Shown here: piece after piece, positions 46,421 to 56,524 of the stretch
Layout of the letters: every line of letters starts with the position of its first letter
How positions within the stretch are numbered: the first letter of the stretch is position 1
Source of the DNA: a virus
Strand: one strand, 5' to 3'
Length of the DNA stretch: 64,000 nucleotides
Virus record (IMG/VR): IMGVR_UViG_3300020190_000012
Span: 32,001-96,000 of that record
Position numbers and translations under genes: made by a program
The notes under the pieces: generated by a model
Told to the model about the DNA's origin: nothing
Databases searched by the model: none
Seen by the model: the letters and a program-made list of their open reading frames with translations, nothing else

Positions 46421-46564
46421 TTATTTGCTCTGCTTCTTCACATCTTTAACGCAACGTTCGTATTTCTTTTTATCATCTCTGCCGACAGATACTGTGCAAA
46501 CAGCCCAAGGATTTGGGTCATACTCCTTCTTCTTGGCCTGCTTATACCAATTGCCGTGATTCAT
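46421..46564 (-). CDS. 47-aa basic mini-protein, missing from the ORF track
   Basis: ATGA overlap with the upstream stop; MNHGNWYKQAKKKEYDPNPWAVCTVSVGRDDKKKYERCVKDVKKQSK; ends just before the terminator. Confidence 0.75.
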   Translation of the reverse strand: MNHGNWYKQAKKKEYDPNPWAVCTVSVGRDDKKKYERCVKDVKKQSK

Positions 46565-47157
46565 CGTCTTCTCGCTGCTGACTGCTGGGCTTGCCTTGCA
46601 GCCCTTACTGCTGCAACATTGTCCTTTCTCTCCTTTTCTTTTTGTGCCCTATCTCTGTCGGCGCCGGCTTTGATATTGATATCGTTAATGACCATTTTTG
46701 TGTACGGTTCAACAAGATCACCCTTTGTGTTGTACCGATAGATGTACTCCCTCACCCTGTCCGAATACATTTCAATTGTTTCACCCCTCTGAATTGGTGG
46801 CACGGTTTTCAAGAAGGCACTTCTTGCAGCAATATAATCATCTGCATTCATTTGTGACAGGACGGCATCATCTCCCTCAAGTATTGCCCTGATCTGTTCC
46901 TGGATACTGGACCTGGTTCTCTCTTGTATGATTCTTGAAAAATTGCTTTGCTTTTCAAACAACTGCCGATACTGGGCCTTCAACTGTTCTATCTGTTGCT
47001 GCCTCTGCTGCTCAAGTTGCGGATTTGGATTTTTGGGCTGTTTGGACAAGTTGGCCAACTGCATCTGAATCTGTACTATTTGACGCTGTATAGCAATCAT
47101 TGTGGGATCGCCCTGCTGTTGCTGTTGCGCAATTTTTGAAATGCTATATATACTCAT
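46561..47157 (-). CDS. Gln-rich coiled-coil protein
   Basis: ATG 47157 (MSIYSISKIAQQQQ) avoids overlap with the divergent gene. Confidence 0.7.
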   Translation of the reverse strand: MSIYSISKIAQQQQQGDPTMIAIQRQIVQIQMQLANLSKQPKNPNPQLEQQRQQQIEQLKAQYRQLFEKQSNFSRIIQERTRSSIQEQIRAILEGDDAVLSQMNADDYIAARSAFLKTVPPIQRGETIEMYSDRVREYIYRYNTKGDLVEPYTKMVINDINIKAGADRDRAQKEKERKDNVAAVRAARQAQQSAARRR

Positions 47158-47202
47158 GCAAGGTATTTTGCTAGTAATGGTCGAAAATTCCTCTAGAAGA
47201 AC

Positions 47203-47700
47203 ATGCCAAACGACATAGATGACACTTTGACAGAAATGGGCATACGGATTGCCAACGACGCCATCGTTTATATTAAATCTGGTATCGATATCTTCAATCA
47301 TAACCCTCTGCCCCCTACCCCTAGAGATGATCTTGTCAATTTGAACCTGCATGGTTCGGAAGGAACAGATTACGACAGAAGTTTTCTGTCCTTCCTGATC
47401 CAAAATATCATTGAAAAAATTGAAGAATCATTGATTATGACTGAAGTCAGGCTTGAAAAACCAGCAATATTTTTTGGTAAAAAGAAGAACAGGAAGTCTT
47501 GTCCCGAGGCTAAAGACATGAAGATAAAAAGCCTGTACGAACCCCAGAGGCGTGCCACTGCTGGGGAGATAGCCTCTTTGGGTCAAATTATTAAGATCAT
47601 TGAAATGCAAGACTTTGTCGATCATGTCAGAAATTGTTCTGCACTAGTTGACAGGGCATGTAGAGAATTCAAATTGGCTGTTGAAAGGTTTTCCCGATGA
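47203..47700 (+). CDS. Hypothetical protein
   Basis: 165 aa, coupled to the next gene. Confidence 0.6.
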   Translation: MPNDIDDTLTEMGIRIANDAIVYIKSGIDIFNHNPLPPTPRDDLVNLNLHGSEGTDYDRSFLSFLIQNIIEKIEESLIMTEVRLEKPAIFFGKKKNRKSCPEAKDMKIKSLYEPQRRATAGEIASLGQIIKIIEMQDFVDHVRNCSALVDRACREFKLAVERFSR

Positions 47701-48284
47701 AAGAAATCAGATCAAAATCATATTCAGAAAAGAAAGCATCTCTCGGCGAGTCAATGTCTCGTGGTTTTGACATATTCTCCAGGATGACAAGCCATCCGCT
47801 GTGGGGAAGTTTCTGGAAAGGAACCCACCTGGACGCAAAGTCAGGTCTGCTTGGGCAGGGGTTGCAGTCTCTTGAGCGGGCTGGAGTGACAGACAGGGAA
47901 GGTCGAGAACTTGCCTCGGTCACCAGAGACATGGTTTCTCTTATAGATGCCACTGAACCGAACTGCCACAAGATACCCGAGTCTATTAAAGACGCGCTGC
48001 AGAATATGCATAGCCAAGGCATTGGTATGCTTCGAGGTTATAAAACCAAATCTAATACATGGAGACAGTGGTGCTTAAGTACTTTTGATTATAAATTTGG
48101 TCCATTCGCACATGCGTACAATATCTACATCAACAAACATACCGATGAAATTGGCAAGGTTGACGAAAAAGCAGAGAAATTCGCAGACTCACAAATGTCA
48201 TTGCTATTTGAATCAGTCCGCAACCTCAGCAACAGAATATCAGCTGCCAATGGCACTAGTCCAGGAGCCCCGCCTTGTCCATAA
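47697..48284 (+). CDS. Hypothetical protein
   Basis: Begins MKEIRSKSYSEKKAS. Confidence 0.65.
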   Translation: MKEIRSKSYSEKKASLGESMSRGFDIFSRMTSHPLWGSFWKGTHLDAKSGLLGQGLQSLERAGVTDREGRELASVTRDMVSLIDATEPNCHKIPESIKDALQNMHSQGIGMLRGYKTKSNTWRQWCLSTFDYKFGPFAHAYNIYINKHTDEIGKVDEKAEKFADSQMSLLFESVRNLSNRISAANGTSPGAPPCP

Positions 48285-48745
48285 ATGATGCCACCAAACT
48301 TGTCAGGGCTCAACATGATGTCCCAATTTCTGCAGAATCTCAGATCATAGCAGACAGCATCAGCAACACAAAAAGCGCCATATCATTAGCTGCTGCCATG
48401 ATCATAAAAAATGAACATATGCAGTCGACCATAGTTGGTCTTGTTACGGAAATAGAAAAACTTAAGAATCAGGCCAATCAACTTGCCACGTACATGGAAG
48501 AATATGTTCCTGAGGACATGGCTGCCATAGAGATGGCCAAGAAACTAGGTAGGGGGTCTGAAGCATCTAGGGGGACAGACCTTGCTCAAGCCATGCGGCA
48601 GGCTGTCTCTGCCACGAAGAAGGCCTCTATTGAAGCTGGCAGGGCATGCAGTTCGGACACGATGAGGGAACTTTCAGAGAGCATACTGCGGCTTGACAGC
48701 GCGTTCACAAACTCAGGTATTGACCGACCCTATCCAAGACCATGA
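48275..48745 (+). CDS. Helical hypothetical protein
   Basis: 156 aa, short overlap with the preceding gene. Confidence 0.55.
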   Translation: MSINDATKLVRAQHDVPISAESQIIADSISNTKSAISLAAAMIIKNEHMQSTIVGLVTEIEKLKNQANQLATYMEEYVPEDMAAIEMAKKLGRGSEASRGTDLAQAMRQAVSATKKASIEAGRACSSDTMRELSESILRLDSAFTNSGIDRPYPRP

Positions 48746-49201
48746 TAGTGGTCTTGAAGAGAACTCTCCTGCTGAGATATCAGAAGCCCCGCAATTTAGG
48801 TCTTTCCACTCTGCGGACGAATCTCCAATCGGTAAGTCTTTTTCCATAGAAGCTCTTGCAAGTGTTTCTGCAACCAGTGCTGGACATGCAATGAAGTTTT
48901 CACGCATGAATTCAGCAACAGATATTTTGTGACTAGATCTCACTGATTTAGAAAAAACCTTGAAAAGGTGTGCTGACCTTGGAACAGAGGTGTCTATCCT
49001 CCTCTGAAGATCGCTACCTAAGGTGGCTATTCCGGTCAAGAAAGACCTCGACCTAAAATTGAGATAGTTGGTGTCTGTTTTGTAGACAGTGGATATCAGT
49101 CTTGGCAGATAGCCTAATACATCTACCATCTCTTCTTTGATAACAGCAACCGCGCTCAAAGATTCCCAAAATGTTCTTGGTTTTATTGTTAGCCTGATCA
49201 T
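48713..49201 (-). CDS. Hypothetical protein
   Basis: 162 aa, ATGA-coupled. Confidence 0.55.
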   Translation of the reverse strand: MIRLTIKPRTFWESLSAVAVIKEEMVDVLGYLPRLISTVYKTDTNYLNFRSRSFLTGIATLGSDLQRRIDTSVPRSAHLFKVFSKSVRSSHKISVAEFMRENFIACPALVAETLARASMEKDLPIGDSSAEWKDLNCGASDISAGEFSSRPLSWSWIGSVNT

Positions 49202-51006
49202 GTGGTTGCTATGGTGGTGGTCTCAAACCACTCGCCTACCGTTGTTCTGTCAAGAATTTGTCTGATCATAACCCGACCTCTTTCAGATATTTTCAAACTA
49301 GATCCAGAATTTCCTGATATCATCCTGATGTTTGCACCGACCCTTCCAGAGAATACTCCCAAAAGAGGTATTTCTTTCATCCTTCCTGAATATATCTCAT
49401 ACTTCCATCTACTCTGGTTGTTGTAACTTTTCAACTCGTCGATCAGATCTCCGTCCTCATTGTATACCTTCGCTTGGAAGTGTATAAATCCAAGCATTCC
49501 GTTCATGTCCTGCAGTGGGAACTCTGCAGTCCAAGTTCCAGGCTTCTCCACATTGAGTGCAGATATTTCCTTAATCAGTTGTGGGCCCCCTGGAGTGTAA
49601 GATAAGAAAGATCCAGATAGTTTTTGATTTGCATTACTGACGAACTCAACGAATGATGGTTCGATATTTAAATTTGACTGCCCATATGATATCTGTGATA
49701 CAAAATGATTGTAACCTATCATCAAAAAAGAAAGACTACCTTTAGTACTCACGACTCCATTATCTGTTGAAAAAGGTGTAACAATTTCTCTCATTTTTAA
49801 TTTAAAAAGAGCGTCTGAGACATCTGTTGATGGTGTGAAAAAACTATTTAGGTATGCATCTATCTTCTTTCCGCTCCTGTTCATCTTGGCCACAATTTGT
49901 GACAGCATGAACATGGTTTCTTCTAGCATTTCTACACTATTCAGCTTCTGGGTTGCCACAGACCTATTGACGGTGAATTTTCCAAATGGGCATCCTATAC
50001 ATCCGAACGACGTGTCCAACGCAGGAGATGAAAGACACCAAGACTCCCCACATGTTTCCTTGTTTGCGACTGATATGAACAGGGATGTTGGATGCGGAGC
50101 CCCTCCAAACTCATCGTATTGCCCATATGGATCCTGCTGAATATATGGATCAATCATGTCTGCAGGTGGTGGCCCAACGGATCCAATCACAAAGCCATAA
50201 CCAGCAGACGCAGCAGACACACACGGGGAAAATCCTCCGTCGGACGGTCTGACTTTCGATAACGATCCACCATCAGCATTTACGAATATGGCCCTCTTGT
50301 CAAATCCACTAACGAAATAAGATTCATTGGCCTCCTGCAGACCCCAACCATAAAAGAAGCTGTCTCCTGAAACATAGGGAAACGAAGAGTCATAGGGTAT
50401 TGGCTGTTCCACCGACCTTCTGTATGAAGGAAACATGTCAGGCGCAAGTCCATTTTCAAACTCTTCTAAAGATCGAGACAAATAATCGCTTGTCTTACCT
50501 CGAGGAGGATATGGATCAAGGAGCAGGATCCCATATACATCAACACCAACAAGATTTGATACGACCTGATCAATCAGTTTTCTCGATTGAGCCACAGTTG
50601 GCATGTCCAGGGATGACACTGGTATAATCCCAAGTTCATACAACTTTGATGATCTGATGTTCCCAGAAGCATGGAAAGCAGGATTTCTTTTGCCTGGTTC
50701 CAATGGGTATGGGCTTGACAAACGCGAGCACGACGAAACATATCCACCATTGTGAAGAAACGCGACTGGCACCCGAAATCCAAGCACAAATGCACTGACT
50801 CCTTCTCTTCCTGCGTTTCTCAGTGGAGTCTCTATAGTGTTTCTGAATTCTTCATAAGAATCTAGAATTGGCTCTGTTGAACAGTCTAGTGGAACAGTCC
50901 TAGATGAGGAAGCGCCAAGGGCAGCAATATATAACTGCGCCAGTTCTTTGCTTTCAGAAACGGCCGCATTGTACCCAACAATGACCTTGGAATATTCGGG
51001 CATCAA
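49198..51006 (-). CDS. Divergent TIGR03790-like protein with C-terminal extension
   Basis: VIVGYNA....SKELAQLY...IETPLR...FVLGFRVP...NPAF and P.P..LF......TCGES...S.P......IGCP recall the TIGR03790 pattern. Confidence 0.5.
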   Translation of the reverse strand: MMPEYSKVIVGYNAAVSESKELAQLYIAALGASSSRTVPLDCSTEPILDSYEEFRNTIETPLRNAGREGVSAFVLGFRVPVAFLHNGGYVSSCSRLSSPYPLEPGKRNPAFHASGNIRSSKLYELGIIPVSSLDMPTVAQSRKLIDQVVSNLVGVDVYGILLLDPYPPRGKTSDYLSRSLEEFENGLAPDMFPSYRRSVEQPIPYDSSFPYVSGDSFFYGWGLQEANESYFVSGFDKRAIFVNADGGSLSKVRPSDGGFSPCVSAASAGYGFVIGSVGPPPADMIDPYIQQDPYGQYDEFGGAPHPTSLFISVANKETCGESWCLSSPALDTSFGCIGCPFGKFTVNRSVATQKLNSVEMLEETMFMLSQIVAKMNRSGKKIDAYLNSFFTPSTDVSDALFKLKMREIVTPFSTDNGVVSTKGSLSFLMIGYNHFVSQISYGQSNLNIEPSFVEFVSNANQKLSGSFLSYTPGGPQLIKEISALNVEKPGTWTAEFPLQDMNGMLGFIHFQAKVYNEDGDLIDELKSYNNQSRWKYEIYSGRMKEIPLLGVFSGRVGANIRMISGNSGSSLKISERGRVMIRQILDRTTVGEWFETTTIATT

Positions 51007-51485
51007 CTACCTGTTGATCCAAAACCTCCAGATCCCCTCCCTGATCGGGAAACGGAATCACGCACAAATTCTGCCACCATGGGCATCATGGGTACAAGTT
51101 GAGCAATTCGGTCACCTTTCTTGTATTTCTTCATCATTTCAGGTTTGTTTTGATTTCTGATTGGTCTGAAGGCGGCAATTATGTTACCCCTGTAGCCAGG
51201 ATCGATAAGACCAACGGAGTTTCCCATCACCAAATCTGTTTTGCAAACACTGCTGCGCGGAAACAGAAGCAAATATGCACCATGCGGGTCGCATTTCACG
51301 CCAGTGTTGTATTTGATGAGGTCTACCGATCCATCAAGACCAAATGTCGCCTCTCCATCGTCAAGAGCCACTAGATCCCATCCTGCGTCGTCTGGGTGGG
51401 CCTTTTGAGGAGGCGTTGCCCCCTCCTCAAGTTCAAATTTTATGACATGCTTCAGATCAAAAGCAACATTGATGTTATGATACAT
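51003..51485 (-). CDS. dut: Trimeric dUTPase
   Basis: AGWDL, PRSS, GLIDPGYRG, GDRIAQL, RGSGGFGSTG. Confidence 0.96.
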   Translation of the reverse strand: MYHNINVAFDLKHVIKFELEEGATPPQKAHPDDAGWDLVALDDGEATFGLDGSVDLIKYNTGVKCDPHGAYLLLFPRSSVCKTDLVMGNSVGLIDPGYRGNIIAAFRPIRNQNKPEMMKKYKKGDRIAQLVPMMPMVAEFVRDSVSRSGRGSGGFGSTGS

Positions 51486-51493
51486 TTATATCC

Positions 51494-54034
51494 TCAGTTG
51501 CACTTGGTCCATCCACAAGATCTGCAGGTTACACAACCTTCCTGCCTGATCAGACTGCATTTGTCTTTTGTCTCACAGCTGGCACAAGTCTCTCCTGTGA
51601 CCTCGGTGCCATCGGGAATATATTTTTTCAGAGCTCGTGCAACAGATCTGCTGAAGTTATTCATGTCTCCCTGAACCTTCTCAAGTTGCTGAACAATGAA
51701 CTGTATATCTGCACCATGACGCAAAGCAGTCGAAATTATCCTCGTGAGAGCAGCCTCGTCCTCAGTCTCCTTGTCATTCACTTTGCTGATTGACAGTCTA
51801 CTGTCATATTTATCAACGAGATCGATTCTGTATTTGCCTCTAGCCTCCTTCGTTGTCAGTCCCGAAGTGAAAGACTTGGAAACCATCAGTTCCTTATCGT
51901 CTCCATCTGATTTGTTTGGAAGGGCAAAGACTTCATATGGTTTGCTTTTTAGAAGACCAACAAACACCACGAATGGAGAGCCCTTCACCTGAATGTGATG
52001 AACATCGCAAGCGAGAGTTTCCGGCCTCTTTGGGGCTTTGGTGTTGATGATTTCATCATTCTTTTCAGCAGATGCCTTCTTTTCATCAACAAGTACCCCA
52101 GTTCTACACCCATCGCGATAGATGGTGATACCTTTGCAGCCAGCCTTCCAGGCAGTTCTATAAATCTCATCAACTGCCTCGACTGTGGCATCGGCCGACA
52201 GATTTAGGGTGGAACTGATGGCGTGATCTATGTGCTTCTGCGCCGAAGCCTGTAACTTGACTCTCTTCTTCCAATCAAGTTCAGATGCAGTGCTGCCCGC
52301 CCATGGACTTTTGGTGATGTCGTCCTCTCCTGTGACATCAACCCACATCTTAACCTTTGGCGGATACACTTTAAACTCCATCCAGTGATCTCCGTTTTGG
52401 TCAACAAAATCGGATCGGAATCCAATGTCTCCTGGGTTCCCCTTTTTTCTTCGGATGTATGGAGCAACCATGAACTGTGGTTCAATCCCAGAACTTGTCT
52501 GTGTCAAGATAGAAACTGATCCACATGGTGCCGTAGTTAGCAGAGCGATATTGCGCCTTCCGTATTTCTGCATGTCGGCATAAAGCTCTGGATCTTCAGA
52601 CTTCATTCGTTTTAGGAACGGATTGCCTGACTCTTTATCTGCGTCCCAAATTGGGAAGGCTCCAATCTCCATCGCCATGTCAACGCTGCTCCTGTAGGCA
52701 GACAATTTCATGGTCTTGTATATCTTGGTGATTGTGGATATTCCCTCATCTGAAGTGTATGGCATGCCCAAAGCTGCAAGGGTGTCTCCCACAGCAGTCA
52801 ATCCCGTTCCCGTTCGTCTGCCTCTCGAGGCAGCATTTCTTATGTCTTTCCACAACTCAAGTTCTCGCTGGCGGAATTTAGGCTCCTCGGGGTCCTTCTT
52901 GACCTTGTCAATGATCCTGTCGATGCATTCAATCTCAAGATCCACCAAATCATCCATCAATCTCTGGCACACGGCAACATGCTCAGAGAACAATTTGAAG
53001 TTGAACTTGGCCTTGCTGGTGAATGGATTTTCAACATAGCTGAAGGCATTCAAAAGCATCAGACGGCAAGAGTCAAATGCAGACAGCGGGATTTCTGAAC
53101 ATGGATTCGTGCTGATTGTTTCAAATCCATCAGATGCATAGCAATCAGCAGGACTTTCCTTGATGATGTTGTCCCAGAACAGAAGACCAGGCTCGGCCAT
53201 GTGGTGTGCATTTTCAACAATCAAGCGCCATATCTTCTTGGCATCGACATTCTTTCTGATCTGTGGCTCGTCCGAATTGCATGGCCACCTCTGCTCATAC
53301 TTTTCTCCCTTATCAACTGCCTCCAAGAAATCATCATACAGCATGACTGATATGTTGGCTCCGGTGACTTTTGTCAGGTCTCGCTTCATAACCGTAAACT
53401 CTTCGATGTCCGGGTGGTGGACATCAAGGGTCAACATAAGGGCACCGCGTCGACCTGCCTGTCCAACCTCTCTGATGGAATTTGAAAAGCGCTCTGCGAA
53501 AGATATCACGCCAGTGCTTGTTCGGGCGGCATTCCTTGTGGGGCTGCCGTTCGGTCTGAGATTGGAAAGATTCAAGCCAACTCCGCCACGACGCTTGCTG
53601 ATCTGAACCAGGCATTCGTCTGCGGACATGATAGAGCCGTAAGAATCGTGCGGAGATGCAATGACATAGCAGTTGCTCAGGCTGATGTATTGCTGGTTGT
53701 TGCCAATCCCGTACATCGGAGATCCCTGCGGCACTATGTACTTGAAGTGATCCATCAGACTGAAAAGAAATTCAGCAGAATACGGATTCTTGAACTTTTT
53801 AGCCTCTATGCGTGCGAACTCTTTTGCGATCCTCCAGTGCATGTCCTTCGGAGACTTCTCTAGCAGGTTGTTCTTTCTGTCTCGGAGGGCATATTTGTCC
53901 ACGAATACTTTTGCAGACAAGTCGTCTCCACCGAAGTAGGCCGTGCTTGCAGTAAGGGCCTCCTGATAGGAGTATATATTCTTTTCGCACGAACCACATG
54001 AAACACCGCCACAGCACTTGTTTTCGTTTTCCAT
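51494..54034 (-). CDS. nrdJ: Class II (adenosylcobalamin-dependent) ribonucleotide reductase
   Basis: LSNCYV, RRGGVG, RRGALM, ANISV, AEPG, TNPCSEI, TAPCGS, SSGIEP, ISSTLN, KGITIYRDGCR, C-terminal TSCPD-like domain and Cys ribbon; no nrdB adjacent. Confidence 0.93.
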   Translation of the reverse strand: MENENKCCGGVSCGSCEKNIYSYQEALTASTAYFGGDDLSAKVFVDKYALRDRKNNLLEKSPKDMHWRIAKEFARIEAKKFKNPYSAEFLFSLMDHFKYIVPQGSPMYGIGNNQQYISLSNCYVIASPHDSYGSIMSADECLVQISKRRGGVGLNLSNLRPNGSPTRNAARTSTGVISFAERFSNSIREVGQAGRRGALMLTLDVHHPDIEEFTVMKRDLTKVTGANISVMLYDDFLEAVDKGEKYEQRWPCNSDEPQIRKNVDAKKIWRLIVENAHHMAEPGLLFWDNIIKESPADCYASDGFETISTNPCSEIPLSAFDSCRLMLLNAFSYVENPFTSKAKFNFKLFSEHVAVCQRLMDDLVDLEIECIDRIIDKVKKDPEEPKFRQRELELWKDIRNAASRGRRTGTGLTAVGDTLAALGMPYTSDEGISTITKIYKTMKLSAYRSSVDMAMEIGAFPIWDADKESGNPFLKRMKSEDPELYADMQKYGRRNIALLTTAPCGSVSILTQTSSGIEPQFMVAPYIRRKKGNPGDIGFRSDFVDQNGDHWMEFKVYPPKVKMWVDVTGEDDITKSPWAGSTASELDWKKRVKLQASAQKHIDHAISSTLNLSADATVEAVDEIYRTAWKAGCKGITIYRDGCRTGVLVDEKKASAEKNDEIINTKAPKRPETLACDVHHIQVKGSPFVVFVGLLKSKPYEVFALPNKSDGDDKELMVSKSFTSGLTTKEARGKYRIDLVDKYDSRLSISKVNDKETEDEAALTRIISTALRHGADIQFIVQQLEKVQGDMNNFSRSVARALKKYIPDGTEVTGETCASCETKDKCSLIRQEGCVTCRSCGWTKCN

Positions 54035-54078
54035 TTTTCTCCATATTTCTTTTGACCGCTTGAGTCCTTAATACAAGA

Positions 54079-54744
54079 TTACGATCTTAGAGACGAAGAT
54101 CTTCGTCTGATCATCGAAAGATATTGCTCTCGCCCCAGTGCATGTTTAGCAAATTTCTTTGTTGCATTGTAAACTGCATGTGGACTAGATGATAAGTTTT
54201 CGACTTCTTCATGTGTAAAGTTTGTGGATATCCATTTTAACCCGTCGGCACATAGCCTTGGAGTGTGCGGCTTCCAGTCTCTGTTGTTGCCGTAAAAGTC
54301 TGTCATGCGGCCTTTTGACCTGCAATTCATCCCAATCATGAAAATTGGTCTGCATCCTATAGTTGCAGCAAACTGCACGGCCAATGGCCCTGTTGATCCT
54401 CTTCCATAAAGCACAGAAGGATCAGAACTTTTGTGAAACTTTTTACCTCGAATGGTGAAATGAGAAAATCTGTTTCCAGGATCTGCATGTGGTGGGCAGG
54501 CACACACACCGTCAAATCTTTCAAGATCCATCCTGCAATCTCTCATTATTTCAGGATCTTGCCACATCAAAAAAGAAAGCTTCATAGCCCTGTAGGCTCT
54601 GTTAATTCCTATTGTTAAAAACGGCTCCACCATGTTTAGATTGATGTCAAGAAGCGAAGGAGAATTTCCTATGATAAAGCATGGTGTTTCATGAAACATC
54701 CCAGTCAATTTGGATAGTGTAATCTTATTCTGTCTTGTTGACAT
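54079..54744 (-). CDS. DUF115/Maf-like nucleotide-sugar transferase-like protein
   Basis: CFIIGNSPSL, TIGINR, ST...AVQFAATIGCRPIFMIGMN. Confidence 0.7.
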   Translation of the reverse strand: MSTRQNKITLSKLTGMFHETPCFIIGNSPSLLDINLNMVEPFLTIGINRAYRAMKLSFLMWQDPEIMRDCRMDLERFDGVCACPPHADPGNRFSHFTIRGKKFHKSSDPSVLYGRGSTGPLAVQFAATIGCRPIFMIGMNCRSKGRMTDFYGNNRDWKPHTPRLCADGLKWISTNFTHEEVENLSSSPHAVYNATKKFAKHALGREQYLSMIRRRSSSLRS

Positions 54745-54747
54745 TTG

Positions 54748-55572
54748 TCATTCTCTATCGACGAGCATCTTAACATACTCAGATGTCTTAAGTTTTTTCA
54801 GGGCCTTTTTGTGTATTTTGACAACATCAGAAAGACCAATCTCTAACTTTTTAGACACCTCTTCTTCGGACATATTCTCTGCATATATCATGCTACACAC
54901 CCTGCCGGCAATTATTCCTATCTCCCTGCTTATATTTGAAAACATCTGTTCTGATTCATCTGTTTGAACGCAGGCAGACCTTATATCTGCTTTTATGAGT
55001 ATGTCTTTAGAATCATTGTTGTTTTCATCTTGCACAAAGATAGAAATCAATCCCCTCGTAGTCCCATCCTTCACAACCTTGTCTGGCTTTTCAACTCCTG
55101 CTTCTGTCAGTGCACAAATGAGCTCGTGTTCATTTGGCTGTCGTCCGTTCACTGCCACAAACTTCTCCCTATGCACATCCAATATCGCCTGTCTCTGTCT
55201 GACTAGCCTTGGAGACCAAGTTGATTTCCTCATCTCATCATACATCGATCCAAATAGTCGATATGTGGCGAATGTCTCAAACTTATTTCCCTTGCCTGGA
55301 TCGTATTTGTTTATAGCATCCATAAGCCCGTGCGCAGCGTAACTTTTTAGATCTTCTTTGCTGTGTTCTGGGTGCTTGTAATGCATCAATTCTGCCAATT
55401 TGTTAACAAGATCATAATTCTCTTCTGCTATGCGATTTCTAAGCATGATATATTCACACTGGAATGCGCTGCCCGCCCCACGTAATTCTTTTAATTTTAT
55501 CCAGCAATCAAGCGGCGTTTCTTGCCGCCTAATGCCGCGATTCCCTCTTCTTTTTGGATGCGTTGTCTTCAA
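54748..55572 (-). CDS. fliA: RNA polymerase sigma factor, FliA/WhiG (sigma28) family
   Basis: LRNRIAEENYDLV, GLMDAINKYDPGKGNKFETFA..R..G.MYDEMR..W.PRLVR, GRQPNEHEL, region 4 EEVSKKLEI...V.KIHKKALKKLK. Start uncertain (TTG 55572; track 55644). Confidence 0.88.
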   Translation of the reverse strand: MKTTHPKRRGNRGIRRQETPLDCWIKLKELRGAGSAFQCEYIMLRNRIAEENYDLVNKLAELMHYKHPEHSKEDLKSYAAHGLMDAINKYDPGKGNKFETFATYRLFGSMYDEMRKSTWSPRLVRQRQAILDVHREKFVAVNGRQPNEHELICALTEAGVEKPDKVVKDGTTRGLISIFVQDENNNDSKDILIKADIRSACVQTDESEQMFSNISREIGIIAGRVCSMIYAENMSEEEVSKKLEIGLSDVVKIHKKALKKLKTSEYVKMLVDRE

Positions 55573-55579
55573 ATGTAAG

Positions 55580-55873
55580 TCACTCTTTTCTTGGCAAAAA
55601 CTTCCATGCTGCCAATCCAACCGCGCCCAGCAACGCAACAACAATGACCCTATTTAAGTATGCCCATTGCGTAGTGGATTCATTTTGCAATCCTTTTGCT
55701 TCTGTCATCGGTATTTGCACACGCTCCTCTTCAGGAACATGTTGAACTGACAGCATGATCTGCTTGTCGACTACGTCTTGCTTTGATTCAGTTTTGCATT
55801 CCTGCACCTCGGCAGGCAAGGCATAGCACGAACTCATGGCCATTGCCATGATTATCATTATGATCTTTGTCAT
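55580..55873 (-). CDS. Small membrane/lipoprotein-like protein
   Basis: Hydrophobic N-terminus ending MSSC, and a C-terminal transmembrane helix. Confidence 0.55.
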   Translation of the reverse strand: MTKIIMIIMAMAMSSCYALPAEVQECKTESKQDVVDKQIMLSVQHVPEEERVQIPMTEAKGLQNESTTQWAYLNRVIVVALLGAVGLAAWKFLPRKE

Positions 55874-55875
55874 TG

Positions 55876-56220
55876 TTAGCCGTTCTTATCTATGGTATTG
55901 AGAAAATCGATTACATAGAAACTTATGGCAGAGGCAACTAGCCCGCTGAATGGCCAATATGGCCACCCTGCTAGCTCTTGGTAGAACCATAATCCCCATA
56001 TAACTTCTATTATGCCTGCCATCCAAAAAGAACAACAAACAGTGCATTCTAGCAATTTTGTTACATAGCCAATGCGCATCTTTGTCATTACCCATCGGAT
56101 GAAATTACTTATGTAACTCACTGGCGCTTCGTCGCGCTTTTCAACAAGCACCGTGGCCCCAGCGACCCCAAGCACGGCAAAGCTAAACAACGACATGACA
56201 TCTTCACCACTCATATGCAT
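55876..56220 (-). CDS. Small membrane protein, DUF1360-like
   Basis: Hydrophobic segments and LLECTVCCSFW motif. Confidence 0.55.
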   Translation of the reverse strand: MHMSGEDVMSLFSFAVLGVAGATVLVEKRDEAPVSYISNFIRWVMTKMRIGYVTKLLECTVCCSFWMAGIIEVIWGLWFYQELAGWPYWPFSGLVASAISFYVIDFLNTIDKNG

Positions 56221-56476
56221 CGATCATATACCTCATGCTTTGTATCCAATTTTCTATTGCTATTTCTCCATGCAGTTCCATCCGCCTAGTAACAACCAAA
56301 ATTGGAGTGTCTTCCCAAACGCATACCTCAAAAACCAATCCACTTTTCACGAGCAGATACGAGCACCTGTCCGCAGGCTTTCCTATAGGTGTATAAAAAA
56401 GCACTTGTCTCTGATTTGGCCAGTTGTTCCGACCACATACGACCACAATGTAAAATACACGTAGATTTAGATACAT
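56204..56476 (-). CDS. Hypothetical protein (90 aa)
   Basis: First ORF of the minus-strand operon. Confidence 0.45.
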   Translation of the reverse strand: MYLNLRVFYIVVVCGRNNWPNQRQVLFYTPIGKPADRCSYLLVKSGLVFEVCVWEDTPILVVTRRMELHGEIAIENWIQSMRYMIDAYEW

Positions 56477-56524
56477 CCTGTCTGGCTAGTAGGTGATAAT
56501 GCTTCATTAGGGAAATCATATGAT

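Noticed and set aside
55580-56220. Holin/spanin lysis cassette
   Set aside because: Membrane features are present, but there is no endolysin nearby and no nested spanin arrangement; support is insufficient.
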